A DNA stretch of 64,000 bases from Eledone cirrhosa (taxonomy: Eukaryota): positions 289,974,001-290,038,000 of the forward strand of contig OZ024740.1 in NCBI GenBank assembly GCA_964016885.1, written 5' to 3'. The position numbers and the translations under genes were made by a program. Shown here piece after piece: positions 38,919 to 53,680 of the stretch (position 1 is its first letter; each line of letters begins with the position of its first letter). The notes under the pieces are model-generated. The model was given only the letters and a program-made list of their open reading frames with translations. It had not been told where the DNA came from and searched no databases.

Positions 38919-39070
38919 TATGTGCATGAATATTTATAGATGAATAAATCCATATACAATCAGATTTAAATATGTGTTTGCACATATAAACACTCAGAAT
39001 ATATATGAATAATGAGTAGAATAGGAATAAAATATAAAATAACATACTCTATATATTATAATATGATATA

Positions 39071-39118
<48 letters not shown>

Positions 39119-39997
39119 TGGTCATAGTTGTGCGGCTTTCTAAATGTTTATTTATAAATGTTTATTTATATGTTTATGTATATGTTTATTTATATGTTTA
39201 TAAATGTTTATTTATAAATATATTTGAATTTCGTATTTCTTTAGAAATACGAAATTCAAATATATATATATATATATAATCAACGTGCGTATATATATAT
39301 ATACGCACGCACATACACACACGCGCGCGTGTGTCGAAATTTGAGGATAACCATTTTCTCCCTAAAAAAAAATAATGGATCCTTTAATGACTGTACATCC
39401 ACATTTTGATGTGCGGCATCAGCCAGATCATTTTCACTGGTTATCAGCAATACCATTCGTTTCTGGAGAGTTCATGTAACTCTTTTTCAAAATGGTTTTC
39501 ATCTAATCTTTGAACCACTTCTTCAGTCTTCTAACCAAGCGATAACCATGGTATAGCTGGCTCTAGAGCATGCTATGTGGATGACACGAGCAAGTCACAC
39601 TATATGTTCGAACCACCTCGGTTGATGCCTGGACAGTATGTATTCAATGCTGTTGTGTAGGTTCTACAGAGGATTTCTGTGTGTACAATCCTATTTTTAT
39701 TTTAGTCAAATGAGTTTCTTTGTTTTGGGAAACCAATCTTGTCAATCAGCTTGTTATAGGTATATCTCCATTGAGAACTTGTGACTTGGCTATGTGGTTA
39801 GAGAGTTGAATTCGCAATCGAGAGATTGTGGGTTCGATTCCCTGACAGGGCGATTCGTTATGTCCTTGGATAAGACACTTTATTTTCCGTTGCTCCTTCT
39901 ATCTGGAGTTTCGACCGATAGATAGTATTAGCAATTGGAAAGACCAATGGAAACATTGTTTCCTCGGTCCGATTTGACGAAAGTCGATCTACTGTCG

Positions 39998-40028
<31 letters not shown>

Positions 40029-40123
40029 TAAAGGTTAAACAAGGTTCAATGAATAAATCAAAGAATAAAGTTTTACAATAGCTTCGAAGCACTCCACAGT
40101 GATGGTTTTCCGGAGTTATTAAT

Positions 40124-41461
40124 ATTAATTCAAAATATTAACAAAAATAGACATTCGTGTGACCAAGTATATTTTATTATACATATTTCAGAGGTACTGA
40201 GCTACGTCCTCATCAGATAAAATAAGATGATACATGACATACCCTGACTAAGTAGATGGTTAAAATTCAGTCATGGCAGTGAATAAGATATGACAAAACT
40301 CAATATTTATATACCTTAAGATTGAGACATGAAAAAATTACATATAATACAGAGGGTGCGTTGAGAAAGCTTATAAAAGTACATAATAATAACCAGCTAC
40401 TAATATAATAGAAATTTATATGACTGTTAGAGATTCAAATAATTTAAATTATTGAAGAAAGAAGAAAGACAGAGAAAGAAACAGATGAGGAAAAAGATAG
40501 ATACTAGAAGTATAGAAATATCTTATGCACTAAAGCAAAAGAAAATTGATTAAGGATAGAGAGACAAGAAAGAATAATTTTTATAGTATAAAGCATAGGG
40601 AGGGAGATTTGTATTGTCGTGGATAAATAGCATATAATTAGATGATGCAAAAATATATATATAAATAAATAAATAAATATACATTTGGGCATAGATTTGT
40701 GAATGAATAATTTCGAATCGTTGAATTATCTAGAAATAATCAATCAATCAAACATATCACATATATCTGGGTGTAGTTTTATGAGGGTTTATTTTCGAGT
40801 CCTTAAGTTAATTAGAAATAGACTATTAATGAATTATATATATCCCAACGTATCCGGATGACCGTTAAATTTCGAATCATTTATGTTAGTTCAAAATAGT
40901 GAATTAATCTAAAGGCATAATATTTCAGGCTATAAAATTTATAAGTATTTATATTATAGTATAATATCATATTTAAAGTATTTGCAAACATGAGAAAGAA
41001 GAGACTTAATATTTTCTTCATCCCCAAGGTAATCCATATTAAATTATATTAAAAAAATTTTATATTAAAGAGATTTTATATAAAAAAAATAATCATTATA
41101 TAATTTAGAGAGTAATTACAATTATAACTGTAAAAATTTAAAATTAACAATTAGAATGCCCTAAAGTATCCAAAGGCCTTATAATTATACTTAAAAAGGA
41201 TATTATTAAACTAGATATACGCATTTATCTAAATTTATACAAAGAGTATATTGTTTAAAGTTTAAGACGATATTAGTTAGTTATATATAATATAATATAA
41301 TATAATAAATAAGTTACTGTTAATATTGTTAAAAGTCAATTATTATATTAGGATCATGTAATACATATATACTATAAACATACAAATCAAACTTCATGAA
41401 TCATAAAAGATGAAACACAGATTCACACGAATGTCTATTTTTGTTAATATTTTGAATTAAT
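40124..41461 (-). mobile_element. AT-rich non-coding element bounded by 39-bp perfect inverted repeats, hammerhead-bearing
   Basis: 40124-40162 is the reverse complement of 41423-41461; (TA)n nearby on both sides. Confidence 0.65.
40170..40224 (-). ncRNA. Type I hammerhead ribozyme
   Basis: TATTTTAT-CTGATGA-GGACGTA/GCTCAG/TACCTCT-GAAA-TATGTA-TA-ATAAAATA; 8-bp stem I, canonical core. Confidence 0.82.
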
Positions 41462-43582
41462 ATATATATGTATATATATATATATACACATTCCATTCCT
41501 CACACTATATTTTTCTCCAGAATGGACCGGTGTCTTTCCGGGAAGGGGCCTCAGTGACATTTATTGATTTGTCTCTCATATCTCTATAAAATTAACAGTT
41601 GTTCTCTTCTGATATCGGAGTTTCTTACTGACAGCTCTTAACTTTTGTTTGGGGTTGATCAATTTGTATTTAAGAGTTCATTTTTTACTATATTCAAACA
41701 TTTCTATTTCATTTTTCTCATTTTGTTAGTGATGGGTGTATTCTTCTTTTTGTTTTACATGTGATAAGCATCATTTCATGACCGATAGTTTGACCTGCTA
41801 TAAATTACAGCCAAGTTTTCCTTAAATCACTACCTACCGTCTTAAAAAGAAAGATGGATTAACGAATAACATGATTATAAATATAGAGAAAAGGAAGCAT
41901 GGTCGCGGATGGAACATCTGTAATTATTCTGATTGATCATGTTTGCCCTGGGCCAAAATAACATCACAAACAATAACACATATATCAGCTCCACAACTCC
42001 TCTACATAACTTCCTCAAAGTCTCTGCTTAATGTCTACTATTGTATTTTCATTTGAACTCAGATCTTGTATAAGGTATTTAAAATGGAGTTTATCTCCCA
42101 TGTAGATCTTCATGGTGAATCCATCGTTCCTTTTAAAATATATTTCTAGGATGTCAGTGAAGATGTTACCTAAGTGCAATGTATCTTGGGGGTAAATTAA
42201 CCTGTATAAACACAATTCTCACGTGATTATGTCCGCCGAAAAAAGTAGATTCAGAATTTAAACCGAAGAAAGAACTCACCACATGAAATAACTTCCGGTG
42301 TGACAAGCCAATCAGAGTACGTTTACTCGATTGCTCAAACCACATCCTTCGGTTTTGTATTGAAAAATGTTACATTGGACAATATTGGCCCTTATATAAA
42401 AAACAAACGGGATTCCCACTGCTTGTACGCCTTTCAACATAAGGTTGCTTGATCAAGGTTGTTAAGGAGCTAAACAACAGTACCAACATCACTCTCAAGA
42501 GCTAAATTCAGGTGTTGAGCCGGAGTTGACTTAGAATTAATTTCCTGTATTGAACATGGGAGTTGATTTGAGAAGCTGAGCCCGATTGCTGAATACAGGA
42601 ACTGGCCTCAGGAGTTGATTATAGTATCTCAGAAAATGAAAATGGGAGTTAAATTTGTGAGTTTAAATCAGGAATTGACCGCTACATTTGAACCAGAGAG
42701 TTGCATTCACGAGTTAAACTTTTGAATAATTGAAATTGAAAGTTGAACTCAAGGTTGTACTTGGAGGTCAACATCAAGAGATGAGTAAGGGAGTGGGATA
42801 ATTTGATCCTGGGGTTTCTGCACATATAAATAAAACATGGTGATCATAGCTGCAATGCTTTTGTTCTGCTTCATTTGGGATTAAATAACAAGAAAACAAC
42901 AACATGAACGAAAATCAATACTACATCACCAATACCATGTAAACTATCAGCACACACCACTACACTTAACACTATCATCAACTACACATAAGCCAGGGAC
43001 GGAATAGTCACAGCTTCAGTGCTTTTAAATATAGGTCAACAATGTTAGCAGTGACCCACGGCTACAATGAGGCTGACCTGAGGCTAAACTGTAACAACAC
43101 CAACAACAATTCTATATCTGCACCGCTGCATCACCAATATTTCTACATCACCAATATTGCTGCGCTGTTACCACTATGTACGCCACCACTACACGATATA
43201 CACCACTAACATCACTACACAACCTCATCACTACTAGCCCCCACCATCGCCTCCACCACATTAACCACCACCACCACCACCACCAGTTCTAGTGAAACCA
43301 CCGTTAAATTTTCATAATTAACAAGTATTTCATATTTTTCCAGACTATACCGTTTGTCATTTCCGGAATTCGGTGTTCAATCACCCAGCATGCAATACAC
43401 CGGAAGTAACAATCACCCATCATGCTATACACAGGAAACAACAACCCTCAGAAAAGAATTAACGCGATAATGTTCTGGTATTTATCACGAAATAACCGGA
43501 GAGAAACTTCCAAAATTATAACGACATTGTCAACAGACATACAGACAAACATAAAGACACATACACGCGCCCGCGCATACGC

Positions 43583-45054
<1,472 letters not shown>

Positions 45055-45059
<5 letters not shown>

Positions 45060-45308
45060 AGATGGCGTAGGACAGAACAAAGGAGAGGCACAAAAAACAA
45101 AGAAAAGAATCCCCAGTCACTGAAGAGGTCACAGAATGTGTGACGAAAGAACTTTGACAATATATAAACAACCATCTGGTTGTGGAACCAACCAACGAAC
45201 CGGAAATTTATAAATTCCTAAATTTATAAATTTATTATAATAAATTGAAGCGAAAGCAACTGGTGCGTGTGTTTCTTATTGGCAACATGACCCTCCCAAA
45301 GTATAACA

Positions 45309-45312
<4 letters not shown>
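45055..45312 (+). mobile_element. Partial Penelope pLTR with hammerhead at 45116-45158
   Basis: Near-identical to 16005-16265; hammerhead identical to 16060-16102. Confidence 0.88.
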
Positions 45313-45344
<32 letters not shown>

Positions 45345-45345
45345 G

Positions 45346-45870
45346 TATGTCCATAGAATCATTTGATAAAATATATACCTTATTTCCTCTCTCAATCAGC
45401 ATAATCAACCACACAAAAAAACAATTAAACAAGGCTATAAGATTAAAAGGCACCTATGAAGAAATAATAGATAAATAAACGATAGCTATCTATCCGCGAT
45501 CAACAGCCATAGAATATTTACCCAGCATTTATAATAGCACGTGGAAATCGATTAGATGTATCGTCACCATGCACAATTAGGTACAAAATCAAAGTTTGAA
45601 GAAAAAAATGTATATAAGCATACCAAAATTATGTTTCTACCCCATTAGGTTTCATTCGCTTTTTGGAAATATCCGATCAAGGATAAATTCACGAGTTTCG
45701 AAATCATCAGGAAACAAACTCAATTGGACGAAGATTTTTCTTAAATGATCCCCGCCAGAAACGAATTCAAAATGGGTAAGAACTGTGACGTGGCCAATGG
45801 TCAAGTCAGAAAGAATGTGATTGGTGCCTTACGGCGAGTGGGCTGGTTGCTAGAAAGCGCAGCCTAATAC
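45346..45870. repeat. Unclassified dispersed repeat (reverse copies at 63240-63405 and 63570-64000)
   Basis: GGCTATAAGATTAAAAGG..ATAAATAAACGATAGC..GATCCCCGCCAGAAACGAATTCAAAATGG match. Confidence 0.8.
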
Positions 45871-45922
45871 TATATATAAATAACAGGAGGCTGGACTGGT
45901 GTAAATCCTTGAAAGGTTTATT

Positions 45923-45980
45923 ATACTATGATCATTTCAATGACCGGGTTCCATATGAATCCGGTAATATCATCAGGTAT
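45923..45980 (-). ncRNA. Type I hammerhead ribozyme
   Basis: ATAC-CTGATGA-stem II (ACCGGATTC/GAACCCGGT)-GAAA-TGATCA-TA-GTAT. Confidence 0.72.
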
Positions 45981-46176
45981 TCGAAATATTCTTTGACGGA
46001 AAGCTGGTAGTACATTATAAGCCTTCGCCTCCTCACCAGATGTTCCTTAGCAGACCGAGTAGCCATCACTTTGAGGGCAACTGGCCGAGGTGAAAGCGGC
46101 TAGCTGCTCAGTCGTCCTTTCTGTCTCTGATTTTTTTGACCCATGGTTTTTTACATATTCCTTTGTTATATTTCGA

Positions 46177-46234
46177 ATACCTGATGATATCACCAGATTT
46201 ATATGGAACCCGGTCATTGAAATGATCATAGTAT
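46177..46234 (+). ncRNA. Type I hammerhead ribozyme
   Basis: ATAC-CTGATGA-TATCACC..GGTCATT-GAAA-TGATCA (palindrome ATGATCAT)-TA-GTAT. Confidence 0.7.
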
Positions 46235-46341
46235 AATAAACCTTTCAAGGATTTACACCAGTCCAGCCTCCTGTTATTTCATTTATAATTAACTCCGTAT
46301 TCTCACCACCAACTACACAAACGAAGACAGGTGGACTGCAC

Positions 46342-46383
<42 letters not shown>

Positions 46384-46387
<4 letters not shown>

Positions 46388-46566
46388 GGAAAAAATGAAA
46401 CGAAATTTCATTTCTCACTCACTCTTAGTACGGCTGTTTACATACAAACCGTGCATTATAATAAATGTTCGGTAAATCCATACGTACATATATATATGTG
46501 TGCATGTATGTATATATATACATACTACTGTACGTCTGTATACATATATGTATGTACGTATGCATA

Positions 46567-46612
<46 letters not shown>

Positions 46613-47122
46613 CGTGTGTAAGTATGTATGTATGTATACGTACATATATATATGTATACAGACGTACAGTAGTATGTATATATATATACATACATGCACA
46701 CATATATATATATGCACGTATCGGTTTACCGAACATGTCAGCCGTTAATATACATAAGGAAAGTATATACTTTCAGACGTTCAACCATCTGGAAGGAAGG
46801 TATACGATGCTGACGATAGCTAATGAACTTGAAACTAATACATCGTTCCTGTGTCAGTGTTGAACAAAAAGGTGACGTGGTTGCCTAAACACTGTACGGC
46901 GTAATTCGGGCTGTTTGTTCGTTTATAAACAAACAAACCGAGCATTATAATAAATGTTCGGTAAACCGATACCTGCATATATATATATGTGTGCATGTAT
47001 GTATATATATATATACATACTACTGTACGTCTGTATACATATATGTATGTACGTATACTTACATTTAAGTAAGTGCCGTACTAAGAGTGAGAAATGAAAT
47101 TTCGTTTCATTTTATTCCATTT
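46384..47122. repeat. Nested inverted/direct repeat element
   Basis: Outer IR 46384-46432 / 47075-47122; inner palindrome 46465-46736; direct copy 46940-47062. Confidence 0.8.
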
Positions 47123-47131
47123 ATATATATA

Positions 47132-49640
47132 CTAGCAGAAGTACCCGGCGTTGCCCGGGTGTAAGTCGACCTTTGGTCTGTTAGAATGTGTGAAAGTTAC
47201 TTCCCGCGCATCACAGGTTCAAAACTTCGAAATTCAACGAAAAAAAAAATAGGTTAGTAGACACAGGTGTGTAATTTATTAATTGTAGTTACACAGTGTA
47301 TCGTTGAAATTGTTCTCTGCACGACTGACGGAAGTCAAAATCACTTGATATTGAATGTTCAGTTAATTTAAAGCAGGGTGAAAATGTCGATTACTTTCAG
47401 GGTTTTTTATTTTTTACAATTTTTGCGCTCACATGTGCAGAAGAAGAATTAAAAGGGCCTTTATCTTAACCGCGGCATAATGGCGAGTCTTTTGTGACAG
47501 TTTTCAAGAATATAGGACGTTCCTGTAAAAAGTTTTCCCATGTGTAACTTTGCCTTGTTTTTTTACGCAAAGTCGAGCCCCGCTTCAGTTTTATTGATCT
47601 TTTACATCAATGCGTGATCTCTGAAGTAGATTTGACTAGTTAAAAGCCTGTCCCGGTAAATTTCCTATAGGTGAAAAAAAGTTGATCAAAATTGTATCTA
47701 GAGTTATTGCCCTTTGCCACAGCCTCAAGCCTCGTCTGACGGGATGTTGGTGATTCCTCCGTCAGCGCTTGTTGGCGACGAAGGCGAACATCAGCAAGCC
47801 TTGTCGTACGTGATGTTGGTGCTCAACCAGCCGGGAAAGACGTCTATCAGCGAGTCGAGATTCGCGCTCAGCAGGTGTTTCCTAGAGAAAATTAATTAAT
47901 TCTACTGGTTAGCTAAGCCAATGGCAGTGTCAATAGTAAATGAGAAAAGTCTAACATGAACAAAAGGGAATCAAGGTAAGACAATAAATTTAATATAACT
48001 ACGATTAGAATGTTGTAGTTGCTTAAAAGTGGTGACAGTTAGGATAAACGCAGTACTTGCTAACATTAAGGGAGAATATTGCATAAAGGATTAATCAATT
48101 GTGAATGAACTCATACCTGAGAACGCCTAATTCGTTGTCTCAAAGCAATAGCTGTACCTTTTTTGGAGGTAAGTCTTGAACGTTTCCGTGTGGGCATAAC
48201 GACGTGTAACGAAGCTGTTAGGTTAGAGAGAGGGGATTAAATACAGAGAGAGATGACACCAGATTCGTTAGCATGGTTACTGGTGAATGGGAAGGTTTGG
48301 AAATATGATTACAATAACTTACCGAATTTTCCCGTCTATAAATTGCACTTAAAATAATTAAATTTAATCAAAAAACAGCTCTGCGCTTTATACTCCGGTG
48401 AGCCTTATGTATAAATAATACAATGGTAATCAATCACGGCTCTAACAGAAGTAATAGATCTAGACTAAAAGTAAAGAAGATAGCATTTTCCTGGTTGGCC
48501 TTACACGCCGTTGCGCGGACCTGATTTTAAATGATACGCCTTATATCCTGGTGAGCCTTATAGAGCGGAAAATATCTATTGGAAAAGAATACGAATTCAT
48601 GACCAAGGTGTGACAAAATAGGCGTCTATACAGCGCCTGAAACAAACTTGTCCAAAACCCTAGGATTTTTCTCGTTAAGTATCCACCCAAAAGGAACCGT
48701 TTTTTAGTTACAAAAAATAACCAAAGTGTATAGTAGCGATATTTCTGACATATCATGCCAAAAAGAACAATATATTAAAAAAATGTTCTAAAGTACATTC
48801 AATCTCTCTTTTTGACCGATATCTTAATAAGCAACTTATCGATTTTTTATTGGCTGTCAGTGTCTATCTGCATGCAGGTGTGCACGTGTGTGCAATTAAT
48901 TGCAAATACGCTCATAACATTTAGTCGTAAGCAGAACAAAAAAATGCCATTAGAGGTGGGCTAATAATGAAGACACAAACCCTGGTGAACTTACGTTTAA
49001 ACACCCGAAAAGTTACTCACTTCCTGTGCAAAAGACTGTATTATAAATTAAGTAATTTTTTAGAATATTTTGTTTAAAAAAGGAAAACATTGGTACGACG
49101 TAAATTTTTTTACTTGTATTGTATGTGTACAATACAACTTGGTCAACGTATTACTTAGTAATTTTTTTTTCAAAACGCATGATTATTTAAGACTGTTTGA
49201 AAATTTACTCACAGCTTTTAGGTTCACAAAAGACACCATTAAATTTGGTTCCCTTTTCAGATAGGGATACTACTGTATTTCTACTTGAATAAGGTGGAAT
49301 ATGAAAGATAAACTCATTAATGGCCGGTCGTTTACTGAGACAGCTGGGAAGACATGCAGCTGGCCGTCCAATCAATAACGCACGTCCTTATATGGGCATA
49401 TGAAATTTATTTTTATTGCGCCAGATGTAAACTAAGAGTTCTTGTGTTCGAATTCACATAAAATTTCATTGGAATCGAAAAACATTCTGTCATAGAGCCC
49501 GATTATCGATTTTTTGAAAATTTCAAGTAGCCTATTCCACTCTACGCGTTGAGTTTTATATATGCGTGAGGTTTCATGAAAATTGGATGAACGGTGTAGC
49601 ATGCAAGTTCGGTACACTAAACAATGTCCATCTTTCTTCC

Positions 49641-49645
<5 letters not shown>
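47132..49645 (-). mobile_element. Helitron-derived element (about 2.5 kb; 5' end lost in (TA)n)
   Basis: Minus-strand 3' end ACCCGG-GCAACG-CCGGGT hairpin, then CTAG|T; the other boundary is inferred. Confidence 0.65.
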
Positions 49646-49727
<82 letters not shown>

Positions 49728-49780
49728 TATATATAATATAGAACGAAAAATCAGTGATGCATCTTAACTCAATTTATTGT

Positions 49781-49868
49781 GTGTTACAATTGTTTCGCCG
49801 GCAGACAGCTCGAGACACGATCATTGTGTGGATCTGTCTGATTCTGGATCTGCAGATTCGTCGGACAC
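49781..49868 (-). ncRNA. Degenerate hammerhead with extended stem II
   Basis: GTGT-CCGACGA-long insert (CAGACAG/CTGTCTG)-GAAA-CAATTG-TA-ACAC; U4C core change. Confidence 0.5.
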
Positions 49869-50080
49869 TTCTAATAATTTCTTATAACATTTCCTCACTG
49901 GGGTGTTAGCGTCAAAAAACACCATCTTCGCTCAACCTGCTATTGGCTGTTGTTTTTCTACGTCATCATAAATTTTGACCAACAGGTACTGTCAAACTGA
50001 CCATCAGCTGTCCTTTATCCTGCCACACTTCAATGAATCCCTGCTGGGTTTGGTAGTTCACACGTCCACGCGCACGTCCA

Positions 50081-50186
<106 letters not shown>

Positions 50187-50509
50187 ATCATATAAATAGC
50201 AACGTCCGTACGCATATACTCCCGCTATACATTCGCACCGAAAGAGAACCCATAAAAGTATAGACATACGCGTCCACAGACTCCTGCCTACATGCCCACG
50301 TATATCAACTCACATACACACACACGCACACGCACACGCACACGCACACGCACACGCACACGCACGCAGGCGCACACACATGCATACGCCTATATCTACT
50401 CGTATACACAAATACGTACAGACATATACATAGAGACGCACACGCATATACACACACGTGTCCATATATACAGGCACAAAAATATGTATGTATATATATA
50501 TATATATAA

Positions 50510-50989
50510 CAATAAACATAAATGAACTCCAACCAAAATTAAATAGAAAACATGAATGGAATAGCAACATCACAACTTACAATTAAGGACAAAATGAAAA
50601 CACACACACACACATAGAACAAACAACCAACCAGTAACATGTAAATAAACAAATAAATAAACAAATATAAACACACACAGACACCCGAATGTAACACATG
50701 CGCAAACTAAGCACACAACACACACAAAAACAATATGGCGTAGACAGAACAAAGGAGAGGCTCAAAAACAAAGAAAAGAATCCCCAGTCGCTGAAGAGGT
50801 CACAGAATGTGTGACGAAAGAACTTTGACAATATATGAACAATCGTCTGGTTGTGGAACCAACCAACCAACCAACCAACCAACCGGAAATTTATAAATTC
50901 CTAAATTTATAAATTTAATTTATAATAAATTGAAGTGAAAGCAACTGGTGCGTGTGTTTCTTATTGGCAACTTGACCCTCCCAAAGTAT

Positions 50990-50998
<9 letters not shown>
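50510..50998 (+). mobile_element. Solo Penelope pLTR with hammerhead at 50787-50829
   Basis: Near-identical to 15785-16265; (TA)n on both sides. Confidence 0.9.
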
Positions 50999-51037
<39 letters not shown>

Positions 51038-51202
51038 TGGACCTTGGTCAGTTTCGACGATGAGTGTTCTAATTATTCAAACCACGGATCAGCCTGCTTA
51101 TGTACCCTCAACATAGTCTTCAGGGAAATTCAGCGTGACATAGTGTGTGAGAAGGTTGTATTTTTAAATTACAGATACAATCCAATTTTGCCAGCTTCAG
51201 TA

Positions 51203-51560
51203 TTCGGTAATCAGAAGAGAGGTAGGTGTAAAAGCCAAACTCACCATCTTGAAGCTGGTATTCGTGCCAACATTCATGTATAGCCATGAATGTTGGGTAG
51301 TGACGGAAAGAATTCAATTGCGATTATAAGTGGCCGAAATGGGGTTCCTCCGAAGGGTCTTTGGCGTAATGTTACTCGATAGAGTGTTCTGCTCAGAGAT
51401 CAGAGAGTCACTCTAGGCAAGGCCGCTACTTCGTCGAATTGAAAGAATGTCTCAATAAGCAATGTCTCAATAAGCAATCGCTGGTCAAATTTTACGTGCA
51501 AAACCAACCGGCAGTCGACCCAGGGCTAAATCTCGAGCAAGATGTTCAAACAACGGCAAA
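51203..51560 (+). pseudogene. RTE-clade LINE C-terminal fragment (Expander/Rex3-like)
   Basis: Manual translation KAKLTILKLVFVPTFMYSHECWVVTERIQLRL*VAEMGFLRRVFG..DRV..SEIRESL...PTGSRPR. Confidence 0.85.
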
Positions 51561-51804
51561 ACCTGTAGAATACTAAGTCTCGTAATGCTGGAAAGGCAGA
51601 CACCAAGGCAACGAAGAATTTGCTTAGGTTCTTAAGAGTAGCATCTAACGAGATAACCACCCTCCCTAATTTATATTTATGATAGATGAAAGAGGTCTTA
51701 GGGAAGAGAATGCCATTGGTCGCTTTCATCTCCAAAGAAAAAAACGTTTCAAAATCAAAGCATATCGTTTACACAACTAGAGGTTACACTCATAAACGCC
51801 ACAC

Positions 51805-52600
51805 CGCTACGCATTACACTACTACACAGTACACTACTACACATTACACTATTACACATTACACTACTACACATTACACTACTACACATTACACTATTAC
51901 ACATTACATTACTACACAGTACACTACTACACATTACACTATTACACATTACATTACTACACATTACACCACTACACATTACATTACTACACATTACACT
52001 ACTACACAGTACACTACTACACATTACACTATTACGCATTACATTACTACACATTACACCACTACACATTACACTACTACACATTACATTACTACACATT
52101 ACACTACTACACATTACACTATTACACATTACACTACTACACATTACACTATTACACATTACATTACTACACAGTACACTACTACACATTACACTATTAC
52201 ACATTACATTACTACACATTACACCACTACACATTACACAACTACACATTACACTACTACACATTACACTACTACACATTACATTACTACACATTACACT
52301 ACTACACATTACACTACTACATATTACATTACTACACATTACACCACTACACATTACACTACTACACATTACATTACTACACATTACACCACTACACATT
52401 ACACTACTACACATTACATTACTACACATTACATTACTACACATTACAGTACTACACATTATACTACTAAACATTATACTACTACACATTACACAACTAA
52501 ACGTTGCACTGCTACACATTAAACAACTACACGCTACACCACTACGTTACACTACTACACGTTACACCACTACATGCAACATTACTACACGTTACACTAC
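51805..52600. repeat. 15-bp minisatellite (ACACATTACACTACT)n
   Basis: Directly visible; gives the YTTTH and VMCSS ORFs. Confidence 0.95.
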
Positions 52601-53267
52601 AATATGACCAATGTCATTTAGAAATAAAAGAAGACCTGGGTGACAATACAAACGTTCGTGCAAGGGCTTTCTAACTCTCGTTCATTGGTGAAAAACTTGC
52701 GAAAACCGTAACCTAGGGCAATGCTGCTAATTGAAAAATCTCCAGGACATGCCAAGAATATCGATATCTTTTAGAACGGTATTTCTTTAGTATTTTATTT
52801 AGTAGTTTATCTAGTACCAAACACCGCTTCCATACACCAACCCATGAACCAGTGAGCAATTTATAATATCAAATGTTACTGCTTATAAGCAACTTAAGAA
52901 CCAAATCGCCAAAATAATGAATCTAATATATATCTTCGGTAAAATTATCATATCACTAAGGTTATAGATAATATCAATGGACTCTTCGATAAAGTAACTA
53001 ACAACTGCATGGGATGAGTTTAAGAGACACTATGGTCAGAAGCATAGACGAAGAAATACCACCAAGATCCATACTACTGAGCTAACAAGTGAATGGAGAT
53101 GCGTGTAATTGTTCTCTTCGCTCCACATAATGAAGTATTATCTTCGTTTTTTGCGTTCATTGTCAGGGAACGTCTCCACGAGCCACCTAATAGAATATTA
53201 GTCTACGACTTCATTTATACCTTGAACGTGGTTTTGTCTTTGCGTGTTATTGTTTTCAGCGCTCCAA

Positions 53268-53390
53268 ATAATTGTTTCTACGTTAGGCACAAGGCCAGCA
53301 AACACCCAGTGTATTACTGGTACTTTATTTTATCGACCCCGTAAGGATGAAAGGCAAAGTTAACCTCGGCGGGATTTGAACTCAGAATGG
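53268..53390 (-). mobile_element. 5'-truncated SINE inside a ~140-bp tandem duplication
   Basis: CAAATAAT on both flanks; host unit begins at 53100 and 53241. Confidence 0.8.
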
Positions 53391-53594
53391 CAAATAATGA
53401 CGTATTATCTTCGTTTTTTTTTCGTTCTTTGCCAGGGAACGTTTCCACGAACCAAAGTATCGTCTTCCTGTCTTCCTTCGGTTGCAACGTTTTTCGAAAT
53501 ATTTACTTCTGCGTTCACAGATTGATTTTTTTAGTTTCAGAAGATCCCGTTAAGGGTGAAAGCAGCGATTCTTTGCTTAAACTTTAATCTGTTA

Positions 53595-53680
<86 letters not shown>

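Larger units (their letters stand above)
45878..46345 (+). mobile_element. Small element with a 112-bp inverted duplication, flanked by (TA)n, carrying two hammerheads
   Basis: Arms 45878-45989 and 46168-46279. Confidence 0.8.

Noticed and set aside
40068-40116. Possible hammerhead relic on minus strand (CGGAAAA..GAAGCTATTGTA)
   Set aside because: Too many core and stem mismatches to support
42285-42320. ETS (ACTTCCGG) plus CCAAT promoter-like motifs; CRE-like TGACGTCA near 53889
   Set aside because: Short motifs expected by chance; no associated gene or TSS evidence
47455-47512. GLYL...FSRI resembling a Helitron helicase motif
   Set aside because: Opposite strand to the Helitron, contains a stop and lacks HGQLYVA
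51686-52522. YTTTH and VMCSS repeat proteins
   Set aside because: 15-bp minisatellite open on both strands
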